In this document: one piece after another, positions 18,601-26,558 of the stretch
Numbering within the stretch: position 1 is the first letter of the stretch
Layout of the letters: each line of letters starts with the position of its first letter
NCBI GenBank assembly: GCA_964601295.1
Contig: CAZRMY010000004.1
Location: 1 to 41,374 of the forward strand
Direction: 5' to 3'
From: an uncultured Thermoplasmatales archaeon
Lineage (GTDB): Archaea; Thermoplasmatota; E2; DHVEG-1
Length of the DNA: 41,374 nucleotides
The notes under the pieces: generated by a model
Told to the model about the DNA's origin: nothing
Database searches by the model: none
The model's input: only the letters and a program-made list of their open reading frames with translations
Made by a program: the position numbers and the translations under genes

Positions 18601-21600
18601 TAGGTTGACAATATTACATCAATTTCGATTGTGGAATTTGGCTGCAATTCACCAGTTGTAGGTGTAACTGACAGCCAGCCATCAGTGTTGGTATATGTTA
18701 TATCAAACGTGAGATTTTCACCAGCAATTTCATCATTACCAATAGTTAATGTTTCTGTAACCGTTAGTTCACTTGGTGAGTTAATAGAATAACTCTCAGG
18801 GTCAATCCATATTTCAGGTACAAGTGTGACATCAAATGCATAAGGATCTGCAGCTCCTATATAGGGATCATCAATGATATTCCCTCCAGTGTCTTCAGCA
18901 TGAATGTAGTATTGTACTGTTTCACCGCAGGGCTGAGGCGGTATGTATGCTTGATAATAGTCTCCACCTACATGTGTCATTTGAACAGAGTTCCATGCTC
19001 GTTCATCGAGCTGCCAATACAAGAGCACGGATTCGGGTATGAGATCAAGATCGCTGTAAGGTACAACACGTGCGTTTACCAGGAATCCATTATCACTAGG
19101 GAAGCCATTTGACAGTGGTGTATGATCGATGTATATCATATCGATATCTGGTATCCCTTTGGCGCGACAGTGTATTGCATCAGTGGTTTCCCAAGAGCCA
19201 GTAAAACCAAGGACTTCATAACCGGGCATTGCTGTCTGATATGAGGTAATTGCATCGTCATCCCATGATGACGTTCCATCCATAGGGACAAATACTTTGT
19301 CATTTAAAATAAGTGAGTTAATATATGGTTCACCATCTGGTGTGTACACCCGTACTATGTCATAAGGTGTTCCATAACAACTTATTTGATTTTCAAAGTA
19401 TGACACCGCTGCTTCAAGTTCATCATATTGCGAGTGACTCGGTGGCACCTCGATTATCATAATGGTATCCGGTGATAATAGTTTCGCCCAACAGTCAATA
19501 TGTTCTATGTATTCACCTAAAGCATCATCGGCAACATGATAGGTATGGATTCCAAGATAATCAGCTACCATCTCATCAATGTCGCTTGGCGTCAAACCAG
19601 GGTTTTCTGTGTATACAAGATCAGTTGATATTGCTATACCTTCTCCATCGGTCATATAGTTGCCTCCCGCGGTTTCGAGGTTCATAAACGATAGATTTAA
19701 ACCTTGGTCAACCGCAAAAGCATTTGGGATCGCATTGTCATCCGGACGGGGCCGATTGTAGGTGAAATCTACGACTTCTAACTCATTATTGACATTGTAA
19801 ATAAACCACGGTCCGTAATCACGTGTCCAATAGGTATCTGATGGAGCTATTAGAAAATCTGTATTTGCCATGGTAACACCCGCTGAGCTGTACATGTTCT
19901 CTACAGTGGTTTGTTCAGAGGTTGAGGCGACTATCGTGGTAACAATTACGTCCTCTGACATCTCAGCAATCATATTTACCGGCAGACCAAGTGGATATCT
20001 AACTAGCACCCCATCCATATGTTCGAATTCAGCTGGCTGCCGTTTCGATACCACCTGAAGCGTGGTAATATACGTCTCAGTGTTATAACCGGTTATCACT
20101 AAATCTACTTCATCTATATCACTGATAGGTTCAGTAAAGGTAATAGTAGCTTGACCATTTTCATCGGTATACGCGTAGCCTAATAGTTCATAGTTGTAGG
20201 AGATTGCGCATAACGCATTATCCAGTCCCACAACTTCAACATCAAATGATGTTACGCCTTCCAGAATTATTGGGTTATGGTTAACCGTGATATCTGCAGG
20301 GGTATCAGTTCGCACCTGTAGGGAAGGATCACCAAAGATTGTCCATTGATCGGTTACGTAATAGTAGCTGGACCCATATTCATCATTCATAAGCATACAG
20401 CCTTGAAAGGAAAGCGCACCAAATGAATGTTGAATATTAGCAGGATACGTTTCGACTAAAATATCATTCATTTCATCTTGCGCAGCCATCGGTGGATCCC
20501 ACGGTTGATTATCTGATCCAGCGAAAACAGCGATAGCACCTGTTGGCTCACCATTATGTACCTCTCGCATTAATTTCTCTGCAAAACATGCATCATAATC
20601 ATCAAACATACCACATTTACAGGCAACAATCCACATAAACGGCAACATATTGTCATTAGTGAGATCGTCGATATCATCATTTGTATACCAGCTACCTGCT
20701 GAATTCCAATAAAATTCTTGAGGGCCTCCATGACCACAGTAATTGAGAATACTTCGCCCTTCATTTAACACGAGATTCAGATCAGCTGCAGAGGGGTTAC
20801 CATCAGCGTCCTGTCCACCTTGTGAACCACCGTATATTTCATCAACTTGAGAATACGTATATCCAAGGAGATCAGTACGGATATTTCGTATATGTTCCCA
20901 ATCCCATTCATTGTCATCTCCTGTTCCTTCATCTGAACCAACCCCAACACCTTTCGCATACCAATCATCTCCTAATTGCGGATATTTTTCATATTCAATC
21001 GTTCTTTCCACCTGGGTTTGTAAATCAGCTGTGTTTGAAGCAGAGAATCTTCCGATAAATAGATCCGGATAGTGATCTATACCATCAACATAGGTATAAC
21101 TTGGATCGGATGCTGCATAGCTTGATTCCAGAGATGGAATCTGCGCTATATCGCCGACTAACAAAACAAACGTTAACCCATTTGTCAAGTAATAGTTTTC
21201 AATATATGTGTCAATCGCAGAGGCAGTTGTTCCTACATCAGAAACATTAACCATTTCAGTTGGAATGCCTTTCATGTTTTTCCATTCCAAAAATGGCACC
21301 ATTGTGTCCCAAAAAGTGTCATAGGTTATAATCAACATATTTCCAATTTCAGTAACTGGTGTATACGTTAATCCCGGTTCGCCATAGTTTACAAAATGTC
21401 TCTTATATATCTGCTCAAAGTCAGCATCTATCTTCTCAGGGAACTCAGAGCGATGGATACAATTCAAAGTATCTTCAACATTTGTTTTTACAACTTCTAA
21501 GGTAATATCTGTATAAACTCTAAGTTGATGGTGTATTGGATTATACTGGAAGGGATATACTGTTACTACCTGCCCTCTGTAATCACGTAAAATATAAGGA

Positions 21601-22190
21601 TCGCTTAACTCAGCTACCTTATTTGGATACCAGGTGTCTTGAATATAAACATCGGCAAATTCATGAGGGACAGTTGCCGGATCAACTGTTCTCAGTATGT
21701 CACCTTTTGAAGGGGGAACTCGTATATCGATAGTTTCATAATTCACGTTGATTATCTGGGTATCCATTTTGGCGGTGTCATCTACAATAACACTTCTGGA
21801 AATTTTCGGTAACTCAGGGTATCCTTTATGTACTAAGGATGGCTCTCCGCCAAGGATAACTTTATGGTATATCTCATCGTCGATTTCAAGTGTTTCTGTT
21901 GTATACTCATGAATGCTATAACTGATGATTGTGGACTCCTGAGATTGATCTATGGTTATAGTCAGCGGGTCAGCATCTCTTGTTGTATGTGGGTTTACCT
22001 CAGTGTTTTCAAGAGTACTCTCTTGGGATACACTATCCGGCACTATAGTTACGGAGCTATTTGTTATTTCTTTTTGATTTGTGAAACCCCCTTGCAAAAC
22101 TGGAAAAGCAGTTGTCATCAAAAACAAAGAGATCATAAATACTATTGTACGGCTGCCTTTATTTTTTAGGTTAAAATAGTTTTTTTTCAT
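15603..22190 (-). CDS. Giant secreted multidomain protein: signal peptide, C25 propeptide-like region, peptidase C25 (gingipain-like), Ig-like, PAD_porph-type arginine/agmatine deiminase domain, Ig-like domains, five CARDB-like repeats (two with nested jelly-roll inserts), dockerin-like tail
   Basis: Uninterrupted 2195-aa ORF. N-terminal hydrophobic segment IVFMISLFLMTTAFPVLQG. SD-like GGGGGT at 22199-22204. Domain motifs are listed under the sub-features. Confidence 0.9.
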   Translation of the reverse strand: MKKNYFNLKNKGSRTIVFMISLFLMTTAFPVLQGGFTNQKEITNSSVTIVPDSVSQESTLENTEVNPHTTRDADPLTITIDQSQESTIISYSIHEYTTETLEIDDEIYHKVILGGEPSLVHKGYPELPKISRSVIVDDTAKMDTQIINVNYETIDIRVPPSKGDILRTVDPATVPHEFADVYIQDTWYPNKVAELSDPYILRDYRGQVVTVYPFQYNPIHHQLRVYTDITLEVVKTNVEDTLNCIHRSEFPEKIDADFEQIYKRHFVNYGEPGLTYTPVTEIGNMLIITYDTFWDTMVPFLEWKNMKGIPTEMVNVSDVGTTASAIDTYIENYYLTNGLTFVLLVGDIAQIPSLESSYAASDPSYTYVDGIDHYPDLFIGRFSASNTADLQTQVERTIEYEKYPQLGDDWYAKGVGVGSDEGTGDDNEWDWEHIRNIRTDLLGYTYSQVDEIYGGSQGGQDADGNPSAADLNLVLNEGRSILNYCGHGGPQEFYWNSAGSWYTNDDIDDLTNDNMLPFMWIVACKCGMFDDYDACFAEKLMREVHNGEPTGAIAVFAGSDNQPWDPPMAAQDEMNDILVETYPANIQHSFGALSFQGCMLMNDEYGSSYYYVTDQWTIFGDPSLQVRTDTPADITVNHNPIILEGVTSFDVEVVGLDNALCAISYNYELLGYAYTDENGQATITFTEPISDIDEVDLVITGYNTETYITTLQVVSKRQPAEFEHMDGVLVRYPLGLPVNMIAEMSEDVIVTTIVASTSEQTTVENMYSSAGVTMANTDFLIAPSDTYWTRDYGPWFIYNVNNELEVVDFTYNRPRPDDNAIPNAFAVDQGLNLSFMNLETAGGNYMTDGEGIAISTDLVYTENPGLTPSDIDEMVADYLGIHTYHVADDALGEYIEHIDCWAKLLSPDTIMIIEVPPSHSQYDELEAAVSYFENQISCYGTPYDIVRVYTPDGEPYINSLILNDKVFVPMDGTSSWDDDAITSYQTAMPGYEVLGFTGSWETTDAIHCRAKGIPDIDMIYIDHTPLSNGFPSDNGFLVNARVVPYSDLDLIPESVLLYWQLDERAWNSVQMTHVGGDYYQAYIPPQPCGETVQYYIHAEDTGGNIIDDPYIGAADPYAFDVTLVPEIWIDPESYSINSPSELTVTETLTIGNDEIAGENLTFDITYTNTDGWLSVTPTTGELQPNSTIEIDVILSTYGLDVGIYQETIHVSSNDPDEPLLEIPITLNIVLANDVGTLSINYPTEVAPPDSYAVNATVTNYGSADQTDVVVNCTIIEGSVSYEEDFEIDDGGYTHDVGPGSGTYDDWEWGTPTSGPSSAHSGVNVWATNLAGNFNNYGDMVLDSIPIDLLGFVEPQLTFWHWYDFTGGAYDGGNVKISTDNGATWTLIYPEGGYPDTASSSNTGIPNEPCYTNGETADWTEVTFDLTSYEGETILLRWHCGTTTVTPHLGWYIDDVCVSSASRDTGDIIYSAETTVDLDAYQTKDIEFSPVWNALPGTYGIKVTTLLPGDQETANDKKTTGIQIIAANDGGVTTINYPTGLNRPGDFTVNVTAKNYGSVGQIIPLECEIYDDLDTLVYSSTTSVFIDPLKEKFAEFSPPWSVSEEGIYSIQVASVLSDDAQPNNDAWVIDVQIQPFTDVACAGINYPTGIIQPGDIYVNASIENLGDQDESIPVLCTINDGLTDIYSTVESIYIPALSDDHIVFTTPWSADPGDYTIQVQTMLFGDEVQANNLSDTAVSVIPGYDTGVTAINYPTGIQRPGNYIINATVENFGSISHMVPITCEIYDQTSSLVYSETEDVYVELLSSRYVDFSSAWSVITPDDYTIQVFTQLPGDEYPENDGTELIVTIQPYTDVGVHSINYPTGEHYAGNHIVNATIENNGDTSQLVTVNCTITEGIFGTFLYENFTQGYPPAGWVEEEPDNPEWELRPNNYAGGTAPEIRLRWSLINGDYSYLDTPPVDTNGAANLHLKFNHYIEDFAGNDNDIYCRVYTRADQADTWTDVTPWTNPIHADVGPQYETIPIGHDVGSGTQVRFEYDGYYYDIDYWNLDDVEIVSEETRDPGDIVYTCEQTMEIDALSTAYCDFIPSWNAIPGIYGMKITTSLTGDENPSNNQMTATTIMEQSPYLCGDVNDDGLINVSDAVFIINYVFLGSSAPDPLCIGDANGDDTINVSDAVYLINYIFIPGSPAPVGDCCD
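15606..15815 (-). other. Dockerin-like double EF-hand-type repeat, Cys-bracketed, C-terminus ...GDCCD
   Basis: CGDVNDDGLINVSDAVFIINYVFLGSSAPDPL / CIGDANGDDTINVSDAVYLINYIFIPGSPAPVGD / CCD (aa 2126-2195). Confidence 0.65.
16641..17612 (-). repeat. Three intact tandem CARDB-like domain repeats (about 107 aa / 321 nt period; aa 1527-1850), flanked by two further split copies (overall aa 1232-2120, nt 15831-18497)
   Basis: Recurring pattern (T/N)D(G/V)G(V)..INYPTG..(R)PG...VNA(T/S)(V/I)EN(F/L/Y)GS.....V.C.I.D....YS.T..V.......V.F...W.....G.Y.IQV.T.L.GD....N(N/D). Confidence 0.7.
19131..20033 (-). other. PAD_porph-family guanidino-group modifying domain (peptidylarginine/agmatine deiminase-like; aa ~718-1020)
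   Basis: Ordered family signatures: QPAEFEHMDGVLVRYP, WTRDYGP (nt 19809-19829), ETAGGNYMTDGEG, IEHIDCWAKLL, YINSLILNDKVFVPMDG and TDAIHCRAKG (Cys1008, nt 19167-19169). Confidence 0.7.
20316..21353 (-). other. Peptidase C25 (gingipain-like, clan CD) catalytic domain of the 2195-aa protein (aa ~280-625)
   Basis: FVLLVGDIAQIPS. His context ILNYCGHGGPQ (His487, nt 20730-20732). Cys context MWIVACKCGMFDD (Cys524, nt 20619-20621). Upstream propeptide-like region has KGYPELPKISRSVIV and RGQVVTVYPFQYNPIHHQLRVYTDITLEV. Confidence 0.75.
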
Positions 22191-22233
22191 GTAGTTTTAC
22201 CCCCACGTTATACGTTTCAGGTCACTCCCCCTG

Positions 22234-22241
22234 TTATATAC
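22234..22241 (-). promoter_or_regulatory. Candidate TATA box (minus strand GTATATAA) about 48 nt upstream of the 2195-aa gene start
   Basis: A/T box at 22234-22241, with SD-like GGGGGT at 22199-22204. T-rich tract (22298-22322, minus strand) after the upstream gene suggests independent transcription. Position-based only. Confidence 0.3.
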
Positions 22242-22344
22242 TTGGAGCACTATGTAGTTATCACATTTCTTCTTATAACCATTTTCATGGTATATATGAA
22301 TAATAAAATAGAAAGAAAAATAGGTTTTTTCAATGAGTATATTG

Positions 22345-25300
22345 TTAATCACAGCAGTTTGACACTGGCGGGGGTCCATTTGAGAAAATGTAATTTATGA
22401 GATGCACAGCATCGCTTACATTGATTTGACTATCTCCATTTGCGTCGGCGCTGCATACTGGATGTGGCTCTGGACTGCCGGGGGTAAACACATAATTGAT
22501 GATAAACACAGCATCGCTTACATTGATAATTCCATCGGTGTTAACATCGCCACATAGTACGGGTACTTCTTCCATTATTATTGTTGCTCCAGTGTAGTCA
22601 TTTGAGGTGTCTTGGTCATCAGGGAGTAATGTAGTTATTGTTGCGCCATATGCGCCTGCAGTGGCATGCCATGGTGGGTTAAATTCGACTACAGCGGTAG
22701 AATATGCTTCAACCTCCACTGTTGCTTCACAGGTGTAGACGATGTCACCGGGGTCTCGAGGGTTTTCTGAAATCAGTAATACGTCGTCGATGTACCAGTA
22801 ATCGATATAAAAATAATAGCCTTCGTATTCGAATCTTACCTGGGTTGCGGGTCCTGAGTCAAAACCGATGTCTATGGTGACATATTCCGGTCCGACATTA
22901 TTGTAAATAGGGTTAGACCATGGGGTTACATCAGTCCAGGTATCTGTAGTTTCAGCTCGGGTGTATACTCTACAATAAATGGGATCGTCACTGTTTTCAT
23001 AATCATCGATCCAATGGTTGAATCGCAGTTGAAGTTGTGCGGCACCGACGGTATCTACGGGTGGTGTCTCTATGTACGAGTAGTCACCATTGATGGAATT
23101 CCAATGGAGCCGCATTTCGGGTGCGGTACCACCAGCTCTATTGTTTTGATATGTCTGCCATTCATTTGCATCTGGTTCTTCGACAGTCCAACCTGCTGGT
23201 GGGACGCCTCCAGAAAAATTTTCTGATAAGAACGTTCCGAAAATCCCTTCAACAATTGAACAATTTACTAGGACATTGGTTTGATCTATGCTCCCAAAAT
23301 TTTCTATGACCGCACTAATCGTGTGTACACCTGCCGGTAGTGGTTCTAACGGATAATTTAAGCCTATGGGACCCACATTGTTTTCATATACAACATTAAG
23401 CACAACGGGGATGATAACCGTGGCTTCATCAAGATCATTAGTTGTTAATACAACAGATGCCTCGTAGATTCCTTCTGCTAAACCATTTGTATCAAATACG
23501 ACATCAAGAGTTTGCTCCATTCCAACCGGGACGAAAAGTGTTTCTGGTGTAACAGACAGCCAGCTAGGGTTATCTAGAAAGGAGACGTCTCCGGTTAACT
23601 GCGCTTCAGCATATTGTTCATTCCCTACTATTATGCTTTCGGTATGTATTACGCCTTCATTGAGATTAATGGAATACTCTGTTGGTGACACCCAAATGTC
23701 GGGCACAGGGATTACTTCAACTTCTTTAGACATAGCATTGTTTAGGATATAGTTTTCTCCAGGTATGGGTACTACCTCTACATTAACATTATGAAAACCA
23801 AAATCAGGGAACCAATCAAAGCTAACTTGATGTGATTCACCGAGATCAAGAGAGTTAATGAATTCAACATCCTCTGTTGTGCCATCAATGACAAAATTGA
23901 CAGTTATCGCACTTTCGTTATTTAATCCACAGTTAAGCACATTGGCAGTAATTGTAACTGATTGATTATGTGGCAATATATCTTCTACGTCTAAATCTAG
24001 CACACCAATATCATGATCATCAGCAGGTTGTTTAATTCGCTGCGCTGGATCACCGAAGAGCAGGCAGCTTTCGATAACGCCTCGCCAGGTTTGATCATAA
24101 TAATCCCATCCTATCGTCGGGGCCATAGTATCTTTTGACCATGCCTGGGCTCGCCCCATCTGCCAGTTGTCTCTGTCATTTGAATTGTTGGTGATGTCAA
24201 ACAAGTAATCCCAGAAACTTTTTTGTTGCACTGCGCTACTTGAGTTAGTGGTATAATAATTACCCCAACCGTACCCAGTATTGTACACACATGCAAACGC
24301 AAGCTCGGTATCTGAATGAAACAACATGGAATGCAATACTCCATCTCCTGCAGCGCTCATGTCACCGCAGTGGCAGCCGTAATCATGTAGGAAGAATGGT
24401 TTTGTGTTGTGATACTGTGATTCCCAGTTATAATCATACACATCCATCGACATATATTCATTTGCATGAGCTATCGCACTAATCAGCGTTACCTGATCAT
24501 TGTTAATCGCGCTTTTTAACCCATTGATCGCTGAGTATTCCGAGCCACCTGACCACCCAGGGTTAGGTGATTCTGCTGTCCATTTCACAGAAAGATCATA
24601 CGGTACTGCAGGGTTATTATTATTCCAGGTTTCAAACCCATATTGAAACCCAAGCCAGGTTGGATATGGTCCGCTATCTCCAGGGTAGGGTCCAAGGTAA
24701 TTAGCTAACCCTTTGATTGCACTATAATCAATAAAATCATCACCCTGTGCGCTCCAGCTGGTATCTCCACCATAAAAACCTGCATTATTTAGATACTCGG
24801 GGTCATAGGCATCCGCGTAATAGAAACTTTTTGTCATCCAGTTCGAAAGATCAAGGCCTGTGTCACAGGGGAGAGAACCAATGAATAACTCGGAGTATAA
24901 ATCAAACCCAGCGTCATTACTTTCTCCCCATTGATAATCAGAATCAGCATTAAAATTGTTATCTAGATTCGACCAATAAAGATCAGATTCGACATTCTCT
25001 TGGTATTCCCCAAGACCATAATGTAACAGTCTGCGAGGTATTCCGGCAACTCCTTCATGATCCCCAGCTATCAGAATATATTGCGTACCCCAATCCTGGT
25101 ATGCATCCTTACAAAATTCACGAATCTTAGCGGCAGTATCATTAAACAAACTTGTGGGATTCCAATAATCTGAACATGTTATAATATTTTCAACAGATAC
25201 TTTAGATGTTGATAATCCCTCAGCTTCTTTTCGACTGATAAAATCATCCCAAGTATATGCGGTACCTGAAAAATTCATCAACGATTCTCTGGTAATGATA

Positions 25301-26142
25301 ACATAGTCATACTCGTCACTTGAATCACAGAGACCACCAGAATAGCCGATATCACCTAATGGCAGAGTATTATACCTCTTCGTACCATCTGGGTTACACA
25401 CTAAACTCTCTACCCAAACTCTATCATCGGCTCTGTTACGATAGAATTGATTAATATAATCAGTGTTTTCCATTTCTATTTCCACGGTTAATTCAGAATA
25501 ATAAGAGAGCTTTCCATCAGATGGAATATACTCAATAGGGTTAAGCGAAATATCACATATCGTATAACCACGACAATACCCAATATGAAAATCCTCATAT
25601 CTTTTCTTGGGAAACACCTCAGATGAATCATAAACCTGCGAATCAATCCTAATTTCAAAAGACTCTTTCTTCAAGCCTAAAGGCATTGAACTCTGATACG
25701 GCAAAATAGGAGTATCAATAAGATCAAAATCCTTAGCATCTATATCATGGGACTGACCAGATACATCCAACGAGATAACCTTTTTCATAGGAGGTAGTAA
25801 TATTTTCGCGAAACTCACGGGTAAAAATGGCTGACCGACACCTCTTCCGACATTCATCACACCCGGCATACTTATTTTAGTAAATTCATGCGAAGGCAAA
25901 ATAACATGATCTAACACTGGTTCACTAAATTGAAAAGTATAACTGAGTACGTCCAGTTGTTCCTTTTGTACCCCTAGCGCATCATTGTTTTCATAAAAAG
26001 ATACCTGCTGATTTTCATTAACTATTATTCTATTTGACACGCCGATTGTTGCAGAGATTGATGTGAATATCAATACCGTGCATATCATTAAGCAAATGCC
26101 TTTTCCACTTTTTTTACTATCTGTAAAAATTTTATCTCTCAT
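22345..26142 (-). CDS. Large secreted C25-family (gingipain-like) protein with CARDB-like and Ig-like domains, CARDB-like domain with nested jelly-roll insert, and dockerin-like tail
   Basis: Uninterrupted 1265-aa ORF. Signal-like ICLMICTVLIFTSISATIG. SD-like GGGGGT at 26150-26155. Propeptide-like GVGQPFLPVSFAKILLPP and CDISLNPIEYIPSDGKLSYYSELTVEIEM. C25-like YILIAGDHEGVAGIPRR. aa 921-1265 are colinear with aa 1851-2195 of the neighbouring giant protein. Confidence 0.88.
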   Translation of the reverse strand: MRDKIFTDSKKSGKGICLMICTVLIFTSISATIGVSNRIIVNENQQVSFYENNDALGVQKEQLDVLSYTFQFSEPVLDHVILPSHEFTKISMPGVMNVGRGVGQPFLPVSFAKILLPPMKKVISLDVSGQSHDIDAKDFDLIDTPILPYQSSMPLGLKKESFEIRIDSQVYDSSEVFPKKRYEDFHIGYCRGYTICDISLNPIEYIPSDGKLSYYSELTVEIEMENTDYINQFYRNRADDRVWVESLVCNPDGTKRYNTLPLGDIGYSGGLCDSSDEYDYVIITRESLMNFSGTAYTWDDFISRKEAEGLSTSKVSVENIITCSDYWNPTSLFNDTAAKIREFCKDAYQDWGTQYILIAGDHEGVAGIPRRLLHYGLGEYQENVESDLYWSNLDNNFNADSDYQWGESNDAGFDLYSELFIGSLPCDTGLDLSNWMTKSFYYADAYDPEYLNNAGFYGGDTSWSAQGDDFIDYSAIKGLANYLGPYPGDSGPYPTWLGFQYGFETWNNNNPAVPYDLSVKWTAESPNPGWSGGSEYSAINGLKSAINNDQVTLISAIAHANEYMSMDVYDYNWESQYHNTKPFFLHDYGCHCGDMSAAGDGVLHSMLFHSDTELAFACVYNTGYGWGNYYTTNSSSAVQQKSFWDYLFDITNNSNDRDNWQMGRAQAWSKDTMAPTIGWDYYDQTWRGVIESCLLFGDPAQRIKQPADDHDIGVLDLDVEDILPHNQSVTITANVLNCGLNNESAITVNFVIDGTTEDVEFINSLDLGESHQVSFDWFPDFGFHNVNVEVVPIPGENYILNNAMSKEVEVIPVPDIWVSPTEYSINLNEGVIHTESIIVGNEQYAEAQLTGDVSFLDNPSWLSVTPETLFVPVGMEQTLDVVFDTNGLAEGIYEASVVLTTNDLDEATVIIPVVLNVVYENNVGPIGLNYPLEPLPAGVHTISAVIENFGSIDQTNVLVNCSIVEGIFGTFLSENFSGGVPPAGWTVEEPDANEWQTYQNNRAGGTAPEMRLHWNSINGDYSYIETPPVDTVGAAQLQLRFNHWIDDYENSDDPIYCRVYTRAETTDTWTDVTPWSNPIYNNVGPEYVTIDIGFDSGPATQVRFEYEGYYFYIDYWYIDDVLLISENPRDPGDIVYTCEATVEVEAYSTAVVEFNPPWHATAGAYGATITTLLPDDQDTSNDYTGATIIMEEVPVLCGDVNTDGIINVSDAVFIINYVFTPGSPEPHPVCSADANGDSQINVSDAVHLINYIFSNGPPPVSNCCD
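22348..22557 (-). other. Dockerin-like double repeat, Cys-bracketed, C-terminus ...SNCCD
   Basis: CGDVNTDGIINVSDAVFIINYVFTPGSPEPHPV / CSADANGDSQINVSDAVHLINYIFSNGPPPVSN / CCD (aa 1196-1265). Confidence 0.65.
24028..25320 (-). other. Divergent peptidase C25-like domain of the 1265-aa protein (aa ~275-705)
   Basis: YVIITRESL, YILIAGDHEGVAGIP, candidate His context LISAIAHANEY, candidate Cys context LHDYGCHCGDM, and terminal LLFGDPAQRI (compare TIFGDPSLQV in the paralog). Confidence 0.55.
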
Positions 26143-26330
26143 TTGGTGTACCCCCTGTAATCATATAATTTAGTTTGCCTCCCCTTAAAGCAAACCACAA
26201 CCATGACTTCTTATTGACAATGCTTTTATAACGCTTTCCCCGAAAATACCATTTAGAGATAATTTACATTTTTTGAACAACCATAGGGTTTTAAAGAAAA
26301 ATATGATACAGTATATGACGAAGGGATACT

Positions 26331-26558
26331 ATGAAGACAACTCATACTTTAGATGAAATCCGAACAAAAGCGCATAGTATTAATTGTGAATTGACAGAGG
26401 AGGGTTTTTCCCCGAGGGAAATTGAGATTGTTGGCTATTATCTTAAGCGAATTGCAGCAAGTTATTTGAGTTATTTTACTCATCGTGAATATGATCGCAC
26501 CCTTGATCCTGATATTTCTGATGAGGAAAGTAAAGAGGAATATACCTACCTATCCTAA
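26331..26558 (+). CDS. Small hypothetical acidic protein (75 aa), divergent from the C25 locus
   Basis: ORF only; no recognisable motif. Coding status uncertain. Confidence 0.3.
   Translation: MKTTHTLDEIRTKAHSINCELTEEGFSPREIEIVGYYLKRIAASYLSYFTHREYDRTLDPDISDEESKEEYTYLS

Noticed and set aside
15956-22169. Numerous 60-100-aa plus-strand ORFs, and a few short minus-strand out-of-frame ORFs, inside the 2195-aa gene; likewise 23014-24482 inside the 1265-aa gene
   Set aside because: All lie within long uninterrupted ORFs that carry coherent domain motifs. Their translations are low-complexity or Cys/His/Arg-rich with no motifs, so they are shadow ORFs.
22180-22187. Homopolymer A8 (coding strand) right after the ATG of the 2195-aa gene, and A7 at 26109-26115 near the start of the 1265-aa gene, considered as slipped-strand phase-variation switches
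   Set aside because: Both simply encode the Lys-rich n-region of signal peptides (MKKN.., SKKSGK) using AAA codons in an AT-rich genome. There is no evidence of length variation from a single sequence.
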